Source: an uncultured Hydrogenophaga sp. (GTDB lineage: Bacteria > Pseudomonadota > Gammaproteobacteria > Burkholderiales > Burkholderiaceae_C). Taken from it: a stretch of DNA of 59,694 nt. Position 1 is the stretch's first letter. Each line of letters begins with the position of its first letter. The stretch is from the NCBI GenBank assembly GCA_964442375.1, contig CAYUAH010000001.1:1-59694 (forward strand), in the 5' to 3' direction. The position numbers and the translations under genes were made by a program. Below are positions 8,393 to 15,858 of the stretch, in pieces. The notes beneath the pieces are model-generated. The model did no database searches. It saw only the letters and a program-made list of their open reading frames with translations, and was not told the DNA's origin.

Positions 8393-10243
8393 ATGACGCG
8401 CACGCATGGCGCCTGGAGGTTGCGCCTATTCTGTTGCTGGCTGCTGGTGATGGCATGTGCCACCTGGCCATGGAGCGCACGCGCCGAAACGCAGGTGGGC
8501 CGCAGCGCCGAGGTGGAGGTGAACGCCAGCGGGGTGTCGGCCCAGCTGTCTTTGCCCTACCACTGGGACAAGCACCAGCCGGGGCGGGCGGGCGTGGCCA
8601 GCTTCCATCTCAGGTTCGAGTTCTCGACGCCGCCCCAAGGCCAGTACGGGCTTTACTTGCACCGGGTGGGCAACGCCTATGAAATCTGGGTGAACGGCTG
8701 GCTGCTCGACCACCAGGGCAGCCTGACCGATTTCAATGGCAGCGACTCGGGGCAGGTCCCCCGCTTCATTTCACTGCCGCCCGGCCTGCTGGGCGTGAGC
8801 AACCACGTCGTTGTCCACATCCGTGCCGACGTGGGCCGCCGCGCCGGGCTGGCGCCACTGCACATCGGCCCCATGGCCGAAGTGGTCCCGCGCTACCAGC
8901 GTGCGTATGGCTGGCGTTATACCGGCTCGGTGGTGGTGATTTGCGTCAGCCTGCTGGTGGGCCTGATGGCGCTGCTGCTGTGGGCCACGCAGCACGAAGT
9001 CGGCGACGGATCAGGGCCCGCCCGGCGCGATGCGATCTACCTGTCTGCTGCGGTGGCGGAGCTGACCTGGACCCTGCGTGTGGGCGACGTGCTGATCGAC
9101 AACCCACCCTGGCCCTGGCCCTGGTGGGGCCTGGTGCCGGTGCTGGCGCTGGCCATCTGGTCGGTGGCCATGGGGACCTTTTGCTTCCAGGTGGCCGGGT
9201 GGCAGCAGCACGCGTTGGCGCGAGGTGTTGTGCGCTGGTTGCGGGTGATGGCCGCGCTCAGCCTGCCGGCTGCGGTGTCGGCCCTGGTGTATGGCCACCC
9301 GTTGGCGCTGACGCTGTGGTACGGCGGCCTGGGTGTTGGCTTTGCCTGCATGGGCGCCTTCTTCATCTACCGCGCCTTGCTGCCCGAGGCCAGCTTCCCC
9401 CACCGGCTGGTGGCCGTGGCGGTGCTCATCAACGTGCTGGTGGGACTGCGCGACTTCTACGTCTTCCGCATCGACCCCGTGCATGGCGAGAACACCTACA
9501 TGCGCTATTCCTCGCTGTTGTTTGGTGTGGTGCTGGCGGTCATCGTGCTGTACCGATTCAAGCAGGCGAACGACCGGGCGCGCGGGTTGATGGGCGAGCT
9601 GTCGGCCCGCGTGGCGGCCCGCGAACAGGAATTGTTGGAGAGCTACCGCAAGCTGGCCGACCTGGCCCGCGAGCAGGCCAGGGTGGCCGAGCGTTCCCGC
9701 ATCCTGCGCGACATGCACGATGGCGTGGGCTCGCACATCACGTCGGCCGTGCGGCAACTGCAGTCGGGCCGCGCCGACCCGGCCGAGCTGGTGCACACCC
9801 TGCAGGACGCGCTCGACCAGCTCAAGCTCAGCATAGACGCCATGCACCTGGTGCCCGGCGACGTGGGCGCCTTGTTGGCCAACCTGCGCTACCGGTTGGA
9901 GCCACGCTTTGCGGCCATGGACATAGCGCTGTTGTGGGAGGTTGAACCGCTGCCCGAACTCGGCCGCCTGCAGGCCGCAGACATGCGGCAACTGCAGTAC
10001 ATGTTGTTCGAGGCGCTGTCCAACGTGCTCCAGCACGCGCGGGCGCACCGACTGTGGGTGCAGGCGCGGCCACAGGGCGGCGGCGTGGTGTTGCGCATCG
10101 TGGATGACGGCGGTGGATTCGATGTGGATGCCGTGTGCAGCAAAGGCATTGCCGCCATGCGCGAACGCGCACAAGCCCTGGGCGCGGCGCTGAACATCAG
10201 CAGCCAGCCGGGCCGCACGGTGGTGGAAATCGCGCTGACCTAA
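8393..10243 (+). CDS. Sensor histidine kinase (periplasmic domain + multi-TM + HisKA_3/HATPase)
   Basis: 'RILRDMHDGVG' H-box, 'EALSNVLQHA' N-box, 'DDGGGF' G1. Confidence 0.9.
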   Translation: MTRTHGAWRLRLFCCWLLVMACATWPWSARAETQVGRSAEVEVNASGVSAQLSLPYHWDKHQPGRAGVASFHLRFEFSTPPQGQYGLYLHRVGNAYEIWVNGWLLDHQGSLTDFNGSDSGQVPRFISLPPGLLGVSNHVVVHIRADVGRRAGLAPLHIGPMAEVVPRYQRAYGWRYTGSVVVICVSLLVGLMALLLWATQHEVGDGSGPARRDAIYLSAAVAELTWTLRVGDVLIDNPPWPWPWWGLVPVLALAIWSVAMGTFCFQVAGWQQHALARGVVRWLRVMAALSLPAAVSALVYGHPLALTLWYGGLGVGFACMGAFFIYRALLPEASFPHRLVAVAVLINVLVGLRDFYVFRIDPVHGENTYMRYSSLLFGVVLAVIVLYRFKQANDRARGLMGELSARVAAREQELLESYRKLADLAREQARVAERSRILRDMHDGVGSHITSAVRQLQSGRADPAELVHTLQDALDQLKLSIDAMHLVPGDVGALLANLRYRLEPRFAAMDIALLWEVEPLPELGRLQAADMRQLQYMLFEALSNVLQHARAHRLWVQARPQGGGVVLRIVDDGGGFDVDAVCSKGIAAMRERAQALGAALNISSQPGRTVVEIALT

Positions 10244-10464
10244 CGACCGGCCTTTTCCAGCGCCTCATTGCGCTGCCGGGTCAGTTCGGTCGATTGCTGC
10301 AGTTGTTCCTGCAACTTGTCCGATGTGGCCTTGCCCTGCTCCAAGGCCTGCCTCTGGGTGACACCCACGGTGGCAGCGGTGCCGGCGGTTTCCACGCCAC
10401 AGGCGCTGAGTGCCAGCGTTGCGGCAAGCAGGGCGGAAGGTGCGGTCAGGCGGGGATGTGTCAT
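10240..10464 (-). CDS. Small putative lipoprotein
   Basis: Lipobox LSAC followed by a coiled-coil-like Q/E-rich tail. Confidence 0.7.
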   Translation of the reverse strand: MTHPRLTAPSALLAATLALSACGVETAGTAATVGVTQRQALEQGKATSDKLQEQLQQSTELTRQRNEALEKAGR

Positions 10465-10531
10465 GGGGGGTGACTCGCGGTGTACGTTGGCCGCATTTTC
10501 GACGCAATGTGGTCGCGCCAGGGGCAAACGG

Positions 10532-10566
10532 AAAAAGCCCCTTGCCGAGTGCCGGCAAGGGGCTTT
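10532..10566 (-). terminator. Rho-independent terminator downstream of the tRNA-Thr 3' end
   Basis: 14-bp perfect stem AAAGCCCCTTGCCG/CGGCAAGGGGCTTT, T-run on the minus strand. Confidence 0.85.
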
Positions 10567-10572
10567 CATACG

Positions 10573-10621
10573 TGGTGCCGGAGAGAGGAGTCGAACCACC
10601 GACCTTCTCATTACGAATGAG
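10573..10621 (-). mobile_element. att site: 3' half of tRNA-Thr(CGT) (thrW-like), 5' half absent
   Basis: Minus strand CTCATTCGTAATGAGAAGGTCGGTGGTTCGACTCCTCTCTCCGGCACCA gives anticodon arm (CGT), T arm and CCA; upstream sequence cannot form a D arm or acceptor 5' strand. Confidence 0.88.
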
Positions 10622-10668
10622 GTGATCTTGAAGTTGATTGCCATTCACCATGATAGTAATTTCATTAT

Positions 10669-10785
10669 AAAACAACAACTTGCGTGAATTTTTGACCGCC
10701 TGGCCTCAGTTGAGTGTTGATCAAGATGCGTTAATATGCCGTGAAATCTCTTACATCGGCCGTTACATCGGCTGGGATGTAAGAG
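10669..10785. promoter_or_regulatory. Putative IHF site and integrase arm-type sites
   Basis: AAACAACAACTTG (IHF-like WATCAANNNNTTR) at ~10670; TTACATCGGC direct repeat x2 plus inverted GATGTAAGAG at 10748-10785. Confidence 0.6.
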
Positions 10786-10812
10786 CGGAGCAACTTCGGT
10801 TTTAACGTACAG

Positions 10813-12102
10813 ATGGCCAAAGACAATCTCACAAAGCCTCGCATCAACGCCTTCAAGTGCCCGCCCGAGCGTGCTCAGGCCTTTCTATGGGATCTGGAGG
10901 TCAATGGGCTTGGAGTCCGGGCCACGCCACGAGGCCAGACTGCCTTCGTGTTTCAGCGCCAGCATCTTGGGAAAACGGTACGCATCACGATCGGCGGGAC
11001 TGACGCTTGGACCATACCCGAAGCGCGCATGAAGGCGCGTGAGATTCAGCGGCAAATGGATCAGGGTGAGAACCCGGTGGCGGCGAAGCAGGAGAAGATC
11101 GCTGCGACACACGTCGAGAACGAGCGCCGAAAAACACAAGGAATCACTGTTGGGGAGCTCTGGCCTATCTACTTGGAGGAGGGGAGGCCGAAGGGTAAGG
11201 ATAGTTTCAGACCTCGCTATCTGAACGATCTGCGACTGATGGCATCACCCGGTGGGCACGCCAAGAAGCGCGGAAAAGGTTTGACGAAACCGGGGCCTAT
11301 CTATCCGCTGTTGTCGATGGCAATTTCAGAACTCGATGAAGATGGTTTGCTGGCTTGGTACAAAGTGCAGGAGGCGCGTGGCAGAGCACAGGCCGCACGG
11401 GCATTGATGATGTTCAGAGGTTTTTTGCGATGGTGTCTGGCGCAGCCGCAGTACCGATCACTTGCCAAGCCCGTTCAAGAGTCTGCCAGATCGCCAGCGC
11501 TGGTGGGGGAGTTGCCTGCTCAGAAACGGCGCACGGATGTTATCGAGCCATCTCAACTGGCCGGTTGGTGGGCTGCTGTGCTTCAACTCCCGAATCCCCA
11601 TATCAGCGCGTACTTGCGTGCCTTGGCCATGACGGGGCTTCGCAGGGAGGCAATGGCAAATCTCAAATGGAGCGAGATTGATTTTCGGTGGAAGAAGGCA
11701 ACCTTCACGGACAAGGTTTTCGGAACCCGCGTTATCCCCTTGGGGGACGTGTTGCTCAATATCATCAAGTCGTTGCCTAAAGAGGGCGACTTTGTGTTCG
11801 CGGGTCGTGGTAAGACTGGGCACATTGCCGATCCACGAGCAAGTTTGAAGTCCTCGCTTGCTGCTTGCGGTCTTGGGCATGTGACAGTTCATGGGCTCCG
11901 TCGGACTTTTGCGTTGTTGTCTGAGGAGTCGGGTGTACCGACTGGCGCCGCAGCGCAATACATGGGGCATCGCCCAAGTGGAACACACGAGGGGTACAAG
12001 CCACGCAGCACTGAGCAGTTGCGCGTGTACATATTACGGATTGAAGCTCGTTTACAGCAGCTTTTGGGCATGGACGAGCCGGTTGGAGATGGAGCAGCGT
12101 GA
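10813..12102 (+). CDS. int: Tyrosine recombinase/integrase, P4-like with N-terminal arm-binding domain
   Basis: N-term 'FLWD..GLGVR'; catalytic 'TGLRR', 'HGLRR', 'MGH', 'GY'; adjacent to the tRNA att site. Confidence 0.93.
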   Translation: MAKDNLTKPRINAFKCPPERAQAFLWDLEVNGLGVRATPRGQTAFVFQRQHLGKTVRITIGGTDAWTIPEARMKAREIQRQMDQGENPVAAKQEKIAATHVENERRKTQGITVGELWPIYLEEGRPKGKDSFRPRYLNDLRLMASPGGHAKKRGKGLTKPGPIYPLLSMAISELDEDGLLAWYKVQEARGRAQAARALMMFRGFLRWCLAQPQYRSLAKPVQESARSPALVGELPAQKRRTDVIEPSQLAGWWAAVLQLPNPHISAYLRALAMTGLRREAMANLKWSEIDFRWKKATFTDKVFGTRVIPLGDVLLNIIKSLPKEGDFVFAGRGKTGHIADPRASLKSSLAACGLGHVTVHGLRRTFALLSEESGVPTGAAAQYMGHRPSGTHEGYKPRSTEQLRVYILRIEARLQQLLGMDEPVGDGAA

Positions 12103-12205
12103 CCCCAGTCGTGGGGGACTTGAGAATTCATTGGCGAGTGGGGCAAGTCGCGTGTGGTGGTGGAATAAATAGTGCTGCGCGTAACGTAACGAGATACAAT
12201 CAACT

Positions 12206-12487
12206 GTGATTAAGTCATTCCGTCACAAGGGACTGCAAGCCTTCTTCGAGCGTGGCACGAAGGCAGGCATTCAAGCTGCCCACGCCCCGAGGCTTGCGCG
12301 CCAGTTGGCGCGTTTGAACGAGGCCAGCGGTCCGGCCGACATGAACTTGCCGGGCTGGCGCTTGCACCCGCTGAGTGGGCGCGACCTAGCAGGGCACTAC
12401 GCCGTCTGGGTGAATGGCAATTGGCGCATGACCTTCACGTTTGAGGGCGTCCATGCTGTGTTGGTGGACTACCAAGACTATCACTGA
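12206..12487 (+). CDS. higB: HigB-family (RelE superfamily) toxin
   Basis: 'MIKSFRHKGL', 'PGWRLHPL', 'VNGNWRMTF', 'VDYQDYH'. Confidence 0.93.
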   Translation: MIKSFRHKGLQAFFERGTKAGIQAAHAPRLARQLARLNEASGPADMNLPGWRLHPLSGRDLAGHYAVWVNGNWRMTFTFEGVHAVLVDYQDYH

Positions 12488-12504
12488 CAGAACGGAGCCA
12501 GACC

Positions 12505-12819
12505 ATGACCGAAATGTTCAATCCCCCGCACCCTGGCCAGACCTTGCGCGACGATGTGTTGCCCGCATTGGGCCTGACTGTGACTGAGGCGGCCGATCAA
12601 TTGGGGGTAGCGCGCGTCACGTTGTCTCGGCTGCTGAACGGCCATGCCGCCCTGTCCCCTGAAATGGCGCTGCGCCTGGAGGCGTGGCTGGGCAAAGAAA
12701 GGGGCGGTGACGCGCGCCTGTGGTTGGGCCAGCAGACGGCGTACGACATGTGGCAAACGACATTGAAGTTCAAGAAGAAACCGTTGCGCGTGCAACCGGC
12801 CCCAGAGGTGGTCGCCTGA
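12505..12819 (+). CDS. higA: HigA-family antitoxin
   Basis: 'MFNPPHPG', HTH, 'SPEMALRL', 'WLGQQTAYD'. Confidence 0.93.
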   Translation: MTEMFNPPHPGQTLRDDVLPALGLTVTEAADQLGVARVTLSRLLNGHAALSPEMALRLEAWLGKERGGDARLWLGQQTAYDMWQTTLKFKKKPLRVQPAPEVVA

Positions 12820-12830
12820 GTAGGCTAACT

Positions 12831-12908
12831 GTCTTCATCAAGCAGACCTATACCGCACCATGTCGTGCCATCGTGATCGCCCTTAAACGGCTGGAGTCAT
12901 GCCGATAA
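12831..12908 (+). pseudogene. C-terminal stub of a Gp49/HigB2-like RelE toxin
   Basis: VFIKQTYTAPCRAIVIALKRLES resembles the F-x-KKTQKTP...IALKR C-terminus of that family and overlaps the start of the downstream XRE gene. Confidence 0.55.
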
Positions 12909-13225
12909 AAACGCTCGTGACAGTGAATACCGAATTGCTGGCCGATGCCAAGACCCGCCAGGCCTACGACGCACTCGCTGACGAATTTGAAATGGCCCGG
13001 CAATTCATCGAAGCCCGCGCGCGGGCACGGATAACCCAAGGTGAGGTTGCCGAGAAGATGGGTTCCACACAGAGCGTGGTTGCTCGATTGGAAAGCGGCA
13101 AACGGCCACCGTCTCTGCGTACTGAACAGCGTTATGCCGAAGCAGTCGGCGGACGCGTCGTGGTTCGGATTGAGCCCGCATCTGATGCGCACCGGCGACT
13201 CAGAGTAAGCGCAGCATCGACTTGA
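12899..13225 (+). CDS. XRE-family HTH protein (antitoxin type)
   Basis: 'AYDALADEF..ARARARITQGEVAEKMGSTQSVVARLESG..PSLRT'. Confidence 0.85.
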   Translation: MPIKTLVTVNTELLADAKTRQAYDALADEFEMARQFIEARARARITQGEVAEKMGSTQSVVARLESGKRPPSLRTEQRYAEAVGGRVVVRIEPASDAHRRLRVSAAST

Positions 13226-13275
13226 TAAAGGCGCCTCGGACCCGGCAACCTATGTGTGGCATTCGACGCCGCTAC

Positions 13276-13869
13276 TCATCGCCCCGCACGCTTGTAACTG
13301 GTCATTGCCATGTTCCAGGGCACCAAGGCAGCGCTGCTGTTGCTGCACATCCAGCGCTCGACCACTGCAGCCTGGCTCTCCGCGTCGACATTGGCATCGG
13401 CAAGATCTGACAAGGGCTGTCCGAGGCGGCGCAGCGCAATCCCGATCTGCGCACCTGACAGGCACCGAACTTCGTATTCCAATGCGCCATATTGAGAAAA
13501 CTCTGTCTCAATTTGGCGCCAGCACTGGCTGTGGAACAGCTGATGTGCGATTGGCTCGCCAGTATCGTGGTCAATTGCCGGCGATTGCCGCCATCGATCA
13601 CGCATACGGTTCTTGGACATGCCGACATACCGTATCCGTTGTTCTCGGGCCTCGGCGACCAGGTAAACACATGGCGCATGTTCTGCCCAAAGAGCGCTAT
13701 CGAGGATTCGATACCGGCCCTGAAGCCATGGGCCGTATCTTGGGTCGTCTGGGGATACATTTCGGCGCCACCGCTTACCTCCAATCCCGTAGATGTGTAT
13801 GACCGGCGAGGCCGCTTGGTAGATCTCAATGGCGATTTGTTCCGCTCGTTCCTGTGTCGGCGTAGTCAT
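13276..13869 (-). CDS. Putative GIY-YIG nuclease
   Basis: CVY...YVG(MS) hairpin motifs, R in 'RMRDRW', E in 'VVER', N in 'PWN'. Confidence 0.65.
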   Translation of the reverse strand: MTTPTQERAEQIAIEIYQAASPVIHIYGIGGKRWRRNVSPDDPRYGPWLQGRYRILDSALWAEHAPCVYLVAEAREQRIRYVGMSKNRMRDRWRQSPAIDHDTGEPIAHQLFHSQCWRQIETEFSQYGALEYEVRCLSGAQIGIALRRLGQPLSDLADANVDAESQAAVVERWMCSNSSAALVPWNMAMTSYKRAGR

Positions 13870-14125
13870 CGATTGGGTTTGACCAAAAAAGGGGCGGATT
13901 ATGGCGCCCTATAAGCACTTCTCTGGGCCAGACAGGAAAAACGGCGCCAAGGGCCACACTCGGACGCCGTTTGGCATAGGGGGTACAAGGTATGCGCCAC
14001 GTCTCGGACATGTGGCGCATCCTGCACTGGTCGCCACGCAGGCAGCGTCCTATGGTTATCAAGCCGTGCAGCCGTATGTCAAGTCCACGGAGGCTACGTG
14101 GGCGGGTGCCATGGTCTCCAGTTGA

Positions 14126-14566
14126 CTATGCCCCCTCCGCCATCTTCGAGGGTCCATCAGCTGGGGGTTTCGCCGGCAGGACCACCACCACCGCCTCGCC
14201 CGTATCGCCCCGGATGCCAACTGCTCCTGTCTTCAAGGCAGAACGGTAGCAATCAACTGCGAACCGCTCGTTCTCGGTCAGTGCGTCCTGAACAAGCACC
14301 TGCTCCATGTGGGTCACCGTCTCCCTGGCGAGATCGGAATAGAAGATTTTCAGAGCGTCCAGGCTGGTGATCTCCAGTGCGTCGGCGATGATGGGCAGCG
14401 TTCGGAGCGTGGGGTACAGCAGTCCGCTGCGCACCAGGTCCAGCGTCGTGCGCCCGGCATAGCCGAGTTTCACGATCATCTCCTCGTCGCGGAGTTGCCG
14501 CGCCTCTTGCGCTTGTGCGATCAGCAGGCCCAGGGGTCCGGTAAATTGGGTGTCGGTAGTGGTCAT
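14126..14566 (-). CDS. XRE-like HTH protein (paralog 2)
   Basis: RBS AGGAG; 'KLGYAGRTTLDLVRSG...IADALEI', 'LTENER'. Confidence 0.7.
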   Translation of the reverse strand: MTTTDTQFTGPLGLLIAQAQEARQLRDEEMIVKLGYAGRTTLDLVRSGLLYPTLRTLPIIADALEITSLDALKIFYSDLARETVTHMEQVLVQDALTENERFAVDCYRSALKTGAVGIRGDTGEAVVVVLPAKPPADGPSKMAEGA

Positions 14567-14582
14567 CTGAATCACTCCTGCA

Positions 14583-14990
14583 TCAGGCTGCCAACACCAG
14601 TGCCACGATGGCGTCCTTCTCAAACATCACCGGAGTGATGTCACGCCCCTGCGAGGACTGGCGCAGGCGGTTGATCAGGCGAGCCTCGCCCGGGCTGAGG
14701 GCCAGGGGCGACAGGCATTGCTCGATCGCCTTGAGCGCGGACGGGTCCATCTCGCGCAAGATGGCGCGCATCACCAGGCCAGGATCGATGTCCAGCGCGT
14801 CAGCAAACGGTTTGGCCTTGTTGATGGGCAGGCGCATGCGGCCCTCCTTGATCAAGGTCACCACCGTGCCGCTGGGGTAGCCCATGGCTTCGGCGATGGT
14901 GTGGTCGGAGGCGCCGAATGCCGCCTGGCGCAGCGCAAGCATCTGGGCGATGGTGGTGGTGGCGGTGATCGACGTGTCGGTCATGGTCAT
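14583..14990 (-). CDS. XRE-like HTH protein (paralog 1)
   Basis: RBS AAGGA; 'IAEAMGYPSGTVVTLIKEGRMRLP...FADALDID', 'LSPGEAR'. Confidence 0.75.
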   Translation of the reverse strand: MTMTDTSITATTTIAQMLALRQAAFGASDHTIAEAMGYPSGTVVTLIKEGRMRLPINKAKPFADALDIDPGLVMRAILREMDPSALKAIEQCLSPLALSPGEARLINRLRQSSQGRDITPVMFEKDAIVALVLAA

Positions 14991-15195
14991 GGTGTCCTTT
15001 GAGGTTTGAGGGCTGCGACGTGCTGCCCGGTCAAATTCATTATTGGGACCAACTCTCGGACCGCGGGAGGCAAGTGAGGTGGAAACTTGGCCCCGCAGAG
15101 GCAGTGCAAACCCCATCTTCATGGCGGCAAAATGGGTTGCTTTGTGCTGCCTCCCGGCCTATGACGCGGCTTTCACTGTTATAAACCGCCAGAAG

Positions 15196-15380
15196 AGTGC
15201 CCACCCAGCCGCAGTAGAAAACCGCGTCGTTGTCCTCGTGGACTGCGACAACACCAAGCCTGAGATCCTGGAGCACGCTTTGCGCGTGGTGGCCCAGTTC
15301 GGCCGGGTGGTACTGCACCGGGGCTACGGTAACCACGCCACCCTGGCCAACAGGTGTCAAGAAGCGCTGGTGTGCCTAGC
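15196..15380 (+). pseudogene. N-terminal fragment of an NYN (LabA/DUF88, PIN-like) protein
   Basis: 'VVVLVDCDNT..ILEHALRVVAQFGRVVLHRGYGN'; no intact start; cut at CCTAGC by the IS481 end. Confidence 0.75.
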
Positions 15381-15850
15381 TGTTGAGTTTCAAAAGATTG
15401 TTCATGCTCGGTCGCGGCTCATGGGCGGCTAGTGGTTCAGAGCTGAGTGTGGCCGACGCCAGTTGTATTGGTGCAGGAAGGACTGCATGGCGGCCTCGCG
15501 CTGTGCTGAACTCTCGGTAGGGCTTGGGATTAGCCAACTCACGCAGTCTGGGCTGAACGAAGTGCTTGAACTTTCCACTGGACGTCTCATCTGTCAGCAC
15601 CTGCGCGAAGGGCTCATTGAATTGATTGGCGGTGGCCAAATGCGCTACGTCCCAACCGTTGCACCTGTCGCGGTTGAGCGTGCGGTCGCCAGAGATGCGG
15701 TGGCCAAGACCCTGTATGCGACCGAGCTTCTTGATGTCGATGTGCAACAGCTCGCCCGGGCTCTGGCGCTCTTAGCGCACCATGGGTGCTAGCGTTTGCT
15801 GCGAACTCAAGCGAGAGACTCGATGTCGTGTTTTGACCTCACCGCTATCA
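15381..15850 (-). mobile_element. IS481-family transposase remnant (right end only)
   Basis: 'PGELLHIDIKKLGRI..GHRISGDR' and C-terminus 'NNLLKLNS*'; terminal TGT next to an NCTAGN target; in-frame stop and deletions; far boundary approximate. Confidence 0.85.
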
Positions 15851-15858
15851 GAGCGCCT

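Noticed and set aside
10573-10650. Complete tRNA-Thr gene
   Set aside because: D arm and 5' acceptor strand are absent; only the 3' att fragment is present
15064-15160. c-di-GMP-I riboswitch (GGCAA..GAAA..CGCA)
   Set aside because: The stem closing the GAAA loop does not pair
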